DNA of 64,000 nt from a virus, in the IMG/VR virus record IMGVR_UViG_3300009130_000002; one strand, written 5' to 3'. Shown piece by piece: positions 37,568 through 46,658 of the stretch (the first letter of the stretch is position 1; each line of letters opens with the position of its first letter). The notes below the pieces were generated by a model. That model saw nothing but the letters and a program-made list of their open reading frames with translations, did not search any database and was not told the DNA's origin. Position numbers and translations under genes: made by a program.

Positions 37568-39370
37568 TTAAAGATCTGAGAACCTATTATCTACTGCTTC
37601 TTTGGTAGTTTTAGACTCTTCTTTTTTAGTCTGTTTGAAAACACCTACGTCGTCAATAGCTTCATCAATATTTAATTTTTTTCCTGAAGTAGTTTTTACA
37701 CTCTTCTTTTTGGTTTGTAATGCATTTTGCATAGCGTATGAACTAGCAAATCTAAAAGAACCTCTTGCCTTGTCTCTAAGTTTCTTAACTTTTTCTTGCA
37801 TAACCTTAGAGATTGGTTTTGTATCTGTGATGGCACCAAGAAGATTTTTCAAAGTTAAATCTTTTTTATCCTGATAGAAGGAAGCAGCAATTCCATCTTT
37901 AATTGCTTTTTCAATTTCTGCTCCTGTAAATCCCTCAGTAACAGAAATTAAAACTTTCTTATGTTGTTCAAACTTGTCAAGTTCTCTTCCTCTTTTATTG
38001 AGATGGATGGCAAAAATATCCCATCGTTCTTCAGGTCCAGGAAGATCAACAAAAAATACCTCATTAAAACGTCGAATAAATTCAGGTGGCAGCATGGTAA
38101 TATCATTTGCAGTTGCAATAATAGTAACACCTTCCATTCCATCCTGCATTGCAGTCAGGAGAGTACCGAAGACTCTTGCAAGAGTACCACCATCTGAAAA
38201 GTTGCTGGACTTAGTTCCGCTTAGAGATTTTTCAACCTCATCAATCCACAGAACACAAGGAGACATCGCCTCTGCTTGTTTGATAACATCCCTCATCTTA
38301 GATTCGGAACCACCAACAAGCCCAGTCATAACCTTACCGACATCCAATCTAAGTAAGGGCACTTGCCATAGCCGACCAATAGCCTTAGCAAGTAATGATT
38401 TTCCGGTTCCAGGAACCCCGGTCAAGAGGATTCCTTTTAACGGTTCCACTCCGAAGGCTTTAGCTTCAGGTGTATAAGCTCTAGAATATTTTCCTAAATA
38501 ATCTTTAACCATATCAAGTCCACCAACATCTCCCATTGCTACGGGAGCATTGATGAACTCTAAAATTTCAGATTTTCTAAGTAATTGTTTCTTATCCATA
38601 AGAAGCTTGTTTGCATCAAGCTTATTCATATGAGTAATTGAAGTTGAAATAGCGTTATCAATTTCAATCAAAGTCAAGCCCTGCAAAGCCTTAACAAAAG
38701 CTTGAATATCATCTGTATCATAATCAAGCTGTGTATACTTTTTCTTCCCTTTGGTGCTCGCATTCATATGACTAACAACTTCAGTAAGATGGCCTTCAAT
38801 TACATTTTTTGATGGCAGCTCATATCTAACAACTGAAGTTTGTTTTTCTAATGTAGGAGGGATTCCTGCACGATTACCCCCTGCTCCATGAGCTAGCAGA
38901 GGACTCAGGATAATTAAAGTTTTCCCTGTTCCAATCAGATGTTCATACATATCTCTGATTTGTCTTGGGATAGGTTCTCCTAGAACTGTATGAAAATCTC
39001 TCATGATAAAACAAGTGCCTTTGCTTTCACTTGATCTATGCATTTCACAGATTCTCTTTAATGCTTTTTGAGGATTCCAAGTTCCATCATCTTCTCCAGA
39101 AGCTCTTTCTGTAGAAAGTTGTTGGTCTTGTCTGATCAGTCCTTGGTAAGCAGACCAAAGCCATACATCCCTCTTACAAGGATTTGCAATAGCTTCGATA
39201 AAATCATTAATAAATCTATTTTCTTCGTGAGTTAATACCCAGATGATGGGTGCACGGCCCCTAATTAATGCAAGAATTTCTTCCATTGCATTTTCATAGT
39301 TCGGTGATTTTTCTGGTTGGGGAAGTTCAATTTCAACAGAAGGAGATTCTGTTGTAATAATTTCTGACAT
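37568..39370 (-). CDS. Ycf46-like AAA+ ATPase
   Basis: N-terminal degenerate AAA domain (THEE.R, RDFH); VGGLD..K, GILLTGVPGTGKSL.AK, LWIDEVEK, PPEF.RRF.EVFFVDLP, GAEIE. Confidence 0.88.
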   Translation of the reverse strand: MSEIITTESPSVEIELPQPEKSPNYENAMEEILALIRGRAPIIWVLTHEENRFINDFIEAIANPCKRDVWLWSAYQGLIRQDQQLSTERASGEDDGTWNPQKALKRICEMHRSSESKGTCFIMRDFHTVLGEPIPRQIRDMYEHLIGTGKTLIILSPLLAHGAGGNRAGIPPTLEKQTSVVRYELPSKNVIEGHLTEVVSHMNASTKGKKKYTQLDYDTDDIQAFVKALQGLTLIEIDNAISTSITHMNKLDANKLLMDKKQLLRKSEILEFINAPVAMGDVGGLDMVKDYLGKYSRAYTPEAKAFGVEPLKGILLTGVPGTGKSLLAKAIGRLWQVPLLRLDVGKVMTGLVGGSESKMRDVIKQAEAMSPCVLWIDEVEKSLSGTKSSNFSDGGTLARVFGTLLTAMQDGMEGVTIIATANDITMLPPEFIRRFNEVFFVDLPGPEERWDIFAIHLNKRGRELDKFEQHKKVLISVTEGFTGAEIEKAIKDGIAASFYQDKKDLTLKNLLGAITDTKPISKVMQEKVKKLRDKARGSFRFASSYAMQNALQTKKKSVKTTSGKKLNIDEAIDDVGVFKQTKKEESKTTKEAVDNRFSDL

Positions 39371-39387
39371 ATTTCTAATCCTTGTTT

Positions 39388-39975
39388 TTATATCTTGTTT
39401 GAATAAACTATTGTAAACTCATTTATATCTAAAACATCCATGGCAAATTTTAAAGCATAAAGTTCTTCAAAAGTTATATTAATATCAGTTTCACTTGTTT
39501 CTGGTTTAATAGATATTTGAATAGTTTTTCCATTTTTTGTTGTTGAAATCCACTTGTTGATATTTTTTTCAACAAGTGTCTGTTCTAACCTCTTAAGATC
39601 TTTTAAATTTTTGCCTGGTAAAGGGTCAATTACTTTTTCATCTTCTGAATGGTTAACTATATTTTTATTATCTATTATGTCTTTTAGAAGCATTAATTTT
39701 TTCAATGCTTCTTGTCTGGATGATTCGTTTTCAGCTTTTTGATGTAAAGACTTTACTTCTGGAAGATTGATTACTTCTTTTGCTTTTAGATCTTTAGCTA
39801 ACCTTGAACATTTAGATCCAAATAAGAATAAGATATGTTCTTTAGTGTCTTCTAAATTAATATCATAATATCTGAGATCTTTAATAACAACATGTTCTTC
39901 AGTAACAACCTTTACTATTTTTCTAATTAACTCAAAATCTCTTTCTTGAAGTCCTACGCCATAAGCTTTATACAT
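39388..39975 (-). CDS. Hypothetical protein
   Basis: Co-oriented ORF. Confidence 0.65.
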   Translation of the reverse strand: MYKAYGVGLQERDFELIRKIVKVVTEEHVVIKDLRYYDINLEDTKEHILFLFGSKCSRLAKDLKAKEVINLPEVKSLHQKAENESSRQEALKKLMLLKDIIDNKNIVNHSEDEKVIDPLPGKNLKDLKRLEQTLVEKNINKWISTTKNGKTIQISIKPETSETDINITFEELYALKFAMDVLDINEFTIVYSNKI

Positions 39976-39976
39976 T

Positions 39977-40546
39977 TTATCCTTCTAAAATATCTGAAAT
40001 CCTTTTCATATTACAGTTTTTATAGCTTTTTGTTTCTGAGGAGCCATAAGGTAATTCTATTCTTCCAAAATAAATTTGTCGCTGGTAGTCACTATGTAAA
40101 GCAATAAGTTTTCCGTCTTCCAGCATGTGTTCATTTTTTAAAATTAACTTAGAGATTAATTTTGGAATATATCCAATTTCTTTCCAAGTTTGTATAGAAA
40201 AACCAGGAGGAGATTTACTGCTATCTTGGAATACAATTCCAATTCTTACTGCAAATTTATCATAAGGATTACTGGGTTCTGGTTTTAAGATTACTTTATG
40301 AGTTTTTCCTAAAGGATATTTCTTTTTCTCAGAGTTAAAAGAGATAGCTTTTTGATACATTGATCTGTATAAAATTGAACGGTTAACACCTTCGCTATTT
40401 CTTTGAGTATATCCTGCTGGAATTATATAAAGTTTTTGTTTTTCAGTGTCGTCAACGATTCTGTTTCTCCAGTAAATATTGCTATCAAAGCCTGCTGGAG
40501 AAATAAATCCTTGTGAAAGTTCTTCTAATGGAGTAATTAATTTCAT
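39977..40546 (-). CDS. HIRAN domain protein
   Basis: VILKPEPSNPYDKFAVRI...IGYIPK. Confidence 0.8.
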   Translation of the reverse strand: MKLITPLEELSQGFISPAGFDSNIYWRNRIVDDTEKQKLYIIPAGYTQRNSEGVNRSILYRSMYQKAISFNSEKKKYPLGKTHKVILKPEPSNPYDKFAVRIGIVFQDSSKSPPGFSIQTWKEIGYIPKLISKLILKNEHMLEDGKLIALHSDYQRQIYFGRIELPYGSSETKSYKNCNMKRISDILEG

Positions 40547-40568
40547 CTCATCTCCTTGGTAGTTCTAT

Positions 40569-41174
40569 TTATTCATCATCTCCATCTAAAATGGAAGTTA
40601 AATCTTCTTGAGAGATTTCACCTTGTTCAACTAAATTTTCTAGAATTTCTTTTGGATCCATTCCAAGCAGAGCACCCATAGTTGCTGCAGATCCTGCTTT
40701 TGCTTTTCTTTGAATATCTTCAATTTCTTCTTCAGAAATTTCTTCTTCAAAAGTTTGAATAACTAACTTTTTCTGTTGAACAAACTTCAATAAGAGAAAA
40801 GCCATAGACATCATATTAACTAATGCAACCCTAGAGGTCTCATTTGCTAAAAAGAATGCAGTATGTCGAATGCCAAGCATTCTTCCTAAGCCACTAACAA
40901 CAGATTGTGCCATCAACGGCATGATTTGATCAACAAACTGATTTGCTTCTTTGTCTTCAAGCTTCTCTTCTATATAAGATAGAAGCTGTTCGATAACTTC
41001 TGAAAGCTCGACCTTATCTTCGTCTTCGTCATACAATTCAACATGAACTGTAGTTCCTTTGACTTTGTTAATCATAACCATTTTGAAAACTTCTTCAGGG
41101 CTCATAGCCTCTTCGTCTTCAAAAAGTTGTTCAATCTCATCTTCATCAAAATTTGTTTCATCAAATTGACTCAT
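40569..41174 (-). CDS. Acidic hypothetical protein
   Basis: Glu/Asp-rich; GAGGAG SD. Confidence 0.7.
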   Translation of the reverse strand: MSQFDETNFDEDEIEQLFEDEEAMSPEEVFKMVMINKVKGTTVHVELYDEDEDKVELSEVIEQLLSYIEEKLEDKEANQFVDQIMPLMAQSVVSGLGRMLGIRHTAFFLANETSRVALVNMMSMAFLLLKFVQQKKLVIQTFEEEISEEEIEDIQRKAKAGSAATMGALLGMDPKEILENLVEQGEISQEDLTSILDGDDE

Positions 41175-41222
41175 GAAAATCTCCTCACAAAAATTTTTCT
41201 AATTTTGCTCTATATAGGGTTT

Positions 41223-41570
41223 TTACGCAGTGTGCCATTGCGCTTGTTTTAAATGCAGAAAATTCTTTTCTGTTAATTTCAATTGAGGAATTGGATTATT
41301 AAATCCTTCAGGTTTAATACTTGAAAAATCAGCAGTTCTGATTAAAAAGACTTCCCCAGATTTTATTAAATTTTCCCAATGATTTTTTCTATCTTTTGGG
41401 ACGAACATGTTTGCATGATAGTAGTGAATCTTGTGGAAACCTTTTCCTTTATCTTTTATTGGCTCTTGACTTACAACATCAAAGCTCGCGAAAAATCCTT
41501 GATCATTCCAAGGTACAAATTGTAATTTGGATTGAGAAGGAATTGCTACTAAACCATTACATTGCAACAT
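41223..41570 (-). CDS. Probable OB-fold (SSB-like) protein
   Basis: Beta-strand pattern, F.VV, Y...MFVP; weak resemblance only. Confidence 0.4.
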   Translation of the reverse strand: MLQCNGLVAIPSQSKLQFVPWNDQGFFASFDVVSQEPIKDKGKGFHKIHYYHANMFVPKDRKNHWENLIKSGEVFLIRTADFSSIKPEGFNNPIPQLKLTEKNFLHLKQAQWHTA

Positions 41571-42273
41571 CTTTATTCTCGTTAAATTTTAAGGAAAGAA
41601 GCCTATTCCACCAGAGTCGATTTTGTTGGCTAACTTCACTGTGTTCTTTTTCCCATCTAAATAGATCTGTATAGCCTTCTACTTCAATAAAGGTTTTTAA
41701 TCTAATTGCTTGCATTGATTTGGTATAAATACCATATTGTCTGGGAGAACATGCTGTTTTTAAGACTTTCAGAAGTCTATAAAGATAAAGTACGTCTCCT
41801 GCAGCATATTCTAATTGTCTAGAAGATAATTTCTCTTCATCCCATTTAGAATGATCAATTCTCTTATTAATGTGAATATCTAAGATATTTTTTAAAGAAT
41901 TGCCTAAACCAGAACTATATTGAGGGAATGCGATTTTCATTAAAGTTTTGGTACAATGAATATCTGTTCCTAGTTCTGTCATTAAGCCCATTTTCAAAAA
42001 AGCTAAATCAAAAGCTGCATTATGGAAAATAAATCCAATATCGCTTCTTTCTAGTAGTTGTATTAATAACTGGCTATTTGAATCTGGTTTTTTGATAATA
42101 AAGACTTCCCCAGATATAGTAGCGATTTGAACTAAAAACAAGGAGTTGTCTCTATAGTCTAAACCCCCTGTTTCTGTATCAATAGATAAGTATCGCTCTA
42201 TACTTAATCTTTCTAAGATTTCTGGTGTTAAATCTAAATCATATACTTCTAAGCTTTTGAGGCCTTTCATCAT
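41557..42273 (-). CDS. DEDD 3'-5' exonuclease (RNase D/PolA proofreading-like)
   Basis: SIDTET, FHNAAFD, HCTK, YAAGDV. Confidence 0.88.
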   Translation of the reverse strand: MMKGLKSLEVYDLDLTPEILERLSIERYLSIDTETGGLDYRDNSLFLVQIATISGEVFIIKKPDSNSQLLIQLLERSDIGFIFHNAAFDLAFLKMGLMTELGTDIHCTKTLMKIAFPQYSSGLGNSLKNILDIHINKRIDHSKWDEEKLSSRQLEYAAGDVLYLYRLLKVLKTACSPRQYGIYTKSMQAIRLKTFIEVEGYTDLFRWEKEHSEVSQQNRLWWNRLLSLKFNENKDVAM

Positions 42274-42293
42274 TTGTTAATGTATATCCTTTT

Positions 42294-42911
42294 CTAATGA
42301 TTTGAGACTCCTAATAAATTTTGAGCCATATCATTTGCTTGCTTGAGTTCAGGAGTGCTGTTTCTTGGTTTCCAATTAAAGGTAACAGAAGTCTTAGGAA
42401 GACTTTGTGCTAATTCCAGAATCAAGTCTCTTTTGTGTTTCAATTTTTCATCATTACATTTCTTATGACCGTTTAATTGATCTACGACCAGTAAACTGTC
42501 TGAAATTACATTAATAGGAACTGTGATATTTGCTCCACCACACAAATCTATTAGTGCTGATAAAGAGAAAAATATTGCATCATATTCTGCCTGATTGTTT
42601 GTGTTAGCTTTGCAAAAACGAGCAGTACTTAAGTTGGCTTGTTCTTTTTTTGCAAAATCAATAACGAATCCAACAGCAGATGGACCCCCAGGATTTTTAA
42701 GAATAGAGGCATCACATGAAATAGTGATACAGTTACCATACAAAGAGTTGATTTTTTGAGGAAGTGGATCTTCCTCCTCTAACCCTAATGCTATTGTTTG
42801 TATTTTTTCTAAAAAATCATATGTGCTATTTAAAATTACTTTTGTAGAATTAAAATAGTCATCAATCATTGATGCTATAGCGAATAAGCGTTTATTTTCT
42901 TCGCTTTGCAT
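42294..42911 (-). CDS. rnhA: Ribonuclease HI-like protein
   Basis: CDAS...NPGG, TNNQAEY.A, SDSLLVV.QL.G, W.PR..N/S...AN.MA. Confidence 0.85.
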   Translation of the reverse strand: MQSEENKRLFAIASMIDDYFNSTKVILNSTYDFLEKIQTIALGLEEEDPLPQKINSLYGNCITISCDASILKNPGGPSAVGFVIDFAKKEQANLSTARFCKANTNNQAEYDAIFFSLSALIDLCGGANITVPINVISDSLLVVDQLNGHKKCNDEKLKHKRDLILELAQSLPKTSVTFNWKPRNSTPELKQANDMAQNLLGVSNH

Positions 42912-42912
42912 T

Positions 42913-43434
42913 TCAGCCCCATTTTAACATTTGAGGAACTGCTGCTTGAAGCAGTTCTTTCATCACAATTAATTCATCTCCAGAAAGTGGAACTTGATGT
43001 GATTTGGTATTTCCTGCTGCAGTATAAGAAGCTCGAACCATACACCCATTAATTGTACCTTTGGGAGATACAAGGTTAAGGTTCTTTTTAACTAGGCCCT
43101 GAGACTCGCTCTTTGCCCCTGGATCGTGCATAATGCTGCATTCTTGACCTGTGTATAGGGAATGAAGAATCTTCCCCACATCGGTCACTGAGAGCGCTAA
43201 AACAATCTTATTTTCCCAGTCATAAACATTTCGATCTTTAGTGCTGGTAATTTCCATGAAAATTGTTCCTTCTCGGATTTTCCATCCATCACGTAAGGAG
43301 CCATTTTCCATAGCTTCATATCCGGTATAATCTTTATTTTTACCAGAATAGAAATGTGGAGGTTGTAAATTCAATTGAATTGCTCCCCATTTTCCAGCCA
43401 TCCCTTTGTAAATTGCATATTGTAGAGGTCTCAT
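42913..43434 (-). CDS. Whirly-family ssDNA-binding protein
   Basis: AIYKG, EG, YDW..K....LSVT..G.I, C...HDP, G.V.K.L, P....E, P..L.W: same order and similar spacing as the plant Whirly domain, recalled from memory. Confidence 0.75.
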   Translation of the reverse strand: MRPLQYAIYKGMAGKWGAIQLNLQPPHFYSGKNKDYTGYEAMENGSLRDGWKIREGTIFMEITSTKDRNVYDWENKIVLALSVTDVGKILHSLYTGQECSIMHDPGAKSESQGLVKKNLNLVSPKGTINGCMVRASYTAAGNTKSHQVPLSGDELIVMKELLQAAVPQMLKWG

Positions 43435-43435
43435 T

Positions 43436-43774
43436 TTATTCCCTTTCTTTTATATTGGTTTTTTCGTAATCATTAAACCAGTTTGTAACTTCAAGTCCTT
43501 GAAGCATGAGTGCAGTTCCAACTGTAGGATCTGTGTAGTATTTCTTTTTGAGGCTATCTATATCTGGTCCTGTTGTTTGATGACCCTCAATAGCAGCCCC
43601 AAGGGAATAACCTAAATTTCCATAAACTACAAGTAATTCTCCTACTGTAGGACGATATTCTTGAAATAATCCTAATAATTTTTCTAATAATTCAGAAGAT
43701 CTTTCAGGATCAAATTGTAATGTTTTTTGTGGATTTTTATCTATTTTTGACATTAAAGTTCCAGTTGTTCCCAT
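43436..43774 (-). CDS. Hypothetical protein
   Basis: Co-oriented ORF. Confidence 0.65.
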   Translation of the reverse strand: MGTTGTLMSKIDKNPQKTLQFDPERSSELLEKLLGLFQEYRPTVGELLVVYGNLGYSLGAAIEGHQTTGPDIDSLKKKYYTDPTVGTALMLQGLEVTNWFNDYEKTNIKERE

Positions 43775-44208
43775 CTGGCAGATTTATGATCTAAACCTAT
43801 TTTAATTGTGTTACTAGCTTCAATTGCTTGACTTGCAGTCTTAAAAACTAAACATCTGTTTGTTAAGTCTTCTGCCAAACACTCTATAGAGCGGCTTTTA
43901 AGTAAAGGATTATCTTCTTCTGCATAAACAGAAGATACTTTATCAATTTCAGCTTTAATTCTATTTTTCATCCAAATCCTAGTGTTTCTAGTTCTTTGAA
44001 TTCTAAGACTTAGATAAAAGTTGCTTTTGATAGTATAAATAGAACCAACTTGATACCACTCACCTTTTCTTAAGGTAAAAGAGGACATTCTCGAATGAAA
44101 GTCTGGAAATTTCTTTGAAACGAATTCTAGTTTCTGATTACCTGCAGAAGATATAACGTTATCAGTTAAAACTATAAAATCGTTTTTCTTAGGAATACAA
44201 ATTTGCAT
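43753..44208 (-). CDS. Hypothetical protein
   Basis: Co-oriented ORF. Confidence 0.6.
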   Translation of the reverse strand: MQICIPKKNDFIVLTDNVISSAGNQKLEFVSKKFPDFHSRMSSFTLRKGEWYQVGSIYTIKSNFYLSLRIQRTRNTRIWMKNRIKAEIDKVSSVYAEEDNPLLKSRSIECLAEDLTNRCLVFKTASQAIEASNTIKIGLDHKSARWEQLEL

Positions 44209-44248
44209 AATTACAAGTATATACTTTTATGCAATTTTTTTGAAGAAT

Positions 44249-44950
44249 TTATTTTGCTTTCTTTCTAGACTTTTTTCTAGTGGTTTTTTTCTTTGGTCTA
44301 ACTCTAGCTTCAGTAATTTGATCACAAAGACCATGAAGTTTCATCTCATTGGGGGTAAGCCAATTATCTGTTTCTTTCAATAAATTAGTTGTGATTTGAG
44401 CTTGAGTAGAATAACGGCTATGACGTAATAAATGATCTAAATCTTTTTGATATTCAATGTCTTCTGCCTTACGGCTTGCTACTAATTCTGAATAATTTCC
44501 AGCTGTTCCAGTGGAAAATTCATGAATCATTGCTACGGAATTTGGAGACATGATTCTTTCATCCCCTGCAATGAAAATAGAAGTAGCCATTGAAGCAATT
44601 TCACCAATTGCAACTGTTCTAATTGGATTTTTAACAAATTCCATAATATCAATAAATGCCCATCCGGCATCTGTGTAACCACCAGGACTATTGATTAAAA
44701 TTTGAATTGTATCTGTAAAATTTGGATTAAAGTGTAAAGTCAAAAGCTTCTTATAAGCTCTGTCTAGGGTAGCTTTAGTAATGATGCTGTTAATAAAGAT
44801 AATACCTCTATCTTCTAGCTCTAAATTATCCCTAGCTTGCATGAGCTGAAGGAGTTCCAAAGGGAATTCCATTTGTTCTTGTTCTTCTTCTTGAACAAAA
44901 TCACTATTTTCATTTTTTTCTTTTAATTTGGAGCTATGAATTCTAAGCAT
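44249..44950 (-). CDS. clpP: ClpP-like serine protease
   Basis: INSPGG, ASMA (Ser), MIHE (His), DNWLTP.E...GL.D (Asp). Confidence 0.88.
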   Translation of the reverse strand: MLRIHSSKLKEKNENSDFVQEEEQEQMEFPLELLQLMQARDNLELEDRGIIFINSIITKATLDRAYKKLLTLHFNPNFTDTIQILINSPGGYTDAGWAFIDIMEFVKNPIRTVAIGEIASMATSIFIAGDERIMSPNSVAMIHEFSTGTAGNYSELVASRKAEDIEYQKDLDHLLRHSRYSTQAQITTNLLKETDNWLTPNEMKLHGLCDQITEARVRPKKKTTRKKSRKKAK

Positions 44951-44966
44951 TGTTTTTCCTTAATAA

Positions 44967-45233
44967 CTATACATTTGCCTTTGTGGGGTATGAGTCTGAA
45001 TAAATTATTTTCACTGCACCTTCTTTTCGAACGGTCTTCCAATGAAATTGTGAAATATCTTGTTCTTTATTTACGGAATCTCCTGATTTGAAGGTAACAC
45101 CTTCGCTTAATTGTACAGGAATTTCCATTTCTACCCAACCTTCTTTTTCATCAAAGGAAATTGGATATTTAACTAATTTTTCGTCTAAAAGAACAGCAAT
45201 AATCTTTCTTTCAGTTTGTTGTGTTTTTGTCAT
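44967..45233 (-). CDS. Hypothetical protein
   Basis: Start at MTKT after GGTGGAG. Confidence 0.6.
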   Translation of the reverse strand: MTKTQQTERKIIAVLLDEKLVKYPISFDEKEGWVEMEIPVQLSEGVTFKSGDSVNKEQDISQFHWKTVRKEGAVKIIYSDSYPTKANV

Positions 45234-45363
45234 CGACAACTCCACCTAAGTCTACAATAAATTTGTGAAATTGGTCAACCCATGTTTGATCTTTGTGATC
45301 AACATTCACAATTGGACTAGGTCCAGAATTTTCTGAATTTTTATCTTTTTTTTCATCTGGCAT
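45211..45363 (-). CDS. Small protein (50 aa, not in ORF track)
   Basis: MPDEKKDKNSENSGPSPIV...; fills the gap; GGGAGA upstream. Confidence 0.5.
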   Translation of the reverse strand: MPDEKKDKNSENSGPSPIVNVDHKDQTWVDQFHKFIVDLGGVVDDKNTTN

Positions 45364-45364
45364 A

Positions 45365-45577
45365 TTAATCTCCCATATGTTTAATTTTAAAATAATTTGC
45401 TAAATCTTTGATTTTTTGAACAAAACTATCTAATTCGATTTTTTTCTTGTTTAAGTTTTGATTTTTATAGATGTAGTTTAAATAACTACTAGCTTGCGCA
45501 ATTGTAAGGCCTAATTCGTCTTTTTCAATATCTTTAATGTTATTTTCTATAATTTTTTCAAGGTTAGGATCAGTCAT
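45365..45577 (-). CDS. Hypothetical protein
   Basis: Overlaps the iscS end. Confidence 0.55.
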   Translation of the reverse strand: MTDPNLEKIIENNIKDIEKDELGLTIAQASSYLNYIYKNQNLNKKKIELDSFVQKIKDLANYFKIKHMGD

Positions 45578-46652
45578 AAAGTAATTCCTTAATAGTATTA
45601 GTTAATATAATTACACCTTTTTCAATTTCTTCCCATGTATTCTCAGGTGACAAAGAGATACGAATTGTTGATAAAGCATCTTCTGGTTTTATCTTCATGG
45701 CAGACAAGACATGTGAAGGAACAATTTCTTTGGAATTACATGCAGATCCAGCAGATACAGCAAGGCCTTTATCGCTTAATTCCATTAGTAATTCTGATGC
45801 ATCAATTCCTTTAAATCTTATGCTCATTATTCCGGGAAGTCGCCGAATAGTTTTAATATTATATTTATAATCTACTTTCAATTTTTTTATATAATGTGTT
45901 AATCGTTTTTTAAAGAACTGCTCTTTAAGTATTGCATCTATTTTTCTTTGATTAAGATTTAAAGAAGCTAATGTTTTTGCAAATGCATAAGCTAAAGGCA
46001 CTTGAGGAGTTCCTAAGTAAGGAAGCTCGAATTCAACATCGTTTTTTACCCATAAACAAGCAATCCCCTTTGGGGCTCCAAATTTGTGACCTGACATAGT
46101 TAAAAAGTCACATTGCATTTTTTGGACATCTATAGGTAATTTTCCAGCAGCTTGAACTGCATCTATATGATAAAGGGCTTTTTTGAGTTTTGGTTTTATA
46201 ATATCAATTGGTTGAATTACGCCAGTTTCATTATTGACATAAAGAATAGAAAATAACTTTGTCTTATAAGTTATTTTATCCTGTAATTCTTTAATACAGA
46301 TTAACCCATTATTTAAAGGGTTAATCATATTGTCTTCTCTGCTATATTTGTAGATAGATTTATGTGCTGTATTCATGCAGATAAATGAGTCTGAAGACTG
46401 GGGCGCATATCTAAGGGCATTTTTTATTACGAAATAATTAGCTAAAGAGGCACTGCTCATCCAGAAAATTTTTCCGTTATGTCCATTTATGTGATCTTTT
46501 ACTAAATTCTCTGATTCTAGTAGGATTTTTTTCGCTTCAAGGCCTGAAGCATGTATGCTATTTGGATTAGCATAAGGAGCTTTTTCAATTGCAAGTAATG
46601 CAATTGGTTTAATAGGGGTTGTTGCTGCATGATCAAAATAGATCATATTCAA
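45570..46652 (-). CDS. iscS: Cysteine desulfurase (IscS/NifS, PLP-dependent)
   Basis: YFDHAATTP, NNETG.IQP, DAVQA.GK, SGHKF.APKG (PLP Lys), SAGSAC (catalytic Cys), PSHVL.AM. Confidence 0.92.
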   Translation of the reverse strand: MNMIYFDHAATTPIKPIALLAIEKAPYANPNSIHASGLEAKKILLESENLVKDHINGHNGKIFWMSSASLANYFVIKNALRYAPQSSDSFICMNTAHKSIYKYSREDNMINPLNNGLICIKELQDKITYKTKLFSILYVNNETGVIQPIDIIKPKLKKALYHIDAVQAAGKLPIDVQKMQCDFLTMSGHKFGAPKGIACLWVKNDVEFELPYLGTPQVPLAYAFAKTLASLNLNQRKIDAILKEQFFKKRLTHYIKKLKVDYKYNIKTIRRLPGIMSIRFKGIDASELLMELSDKGLAVSAGSACNSKEIVPSHVLSAMKIKPEDALSTIRISLSPENTWEEIEKGVIILTNTIKELLYD

Positions 46653-46658
46653 TACCTG

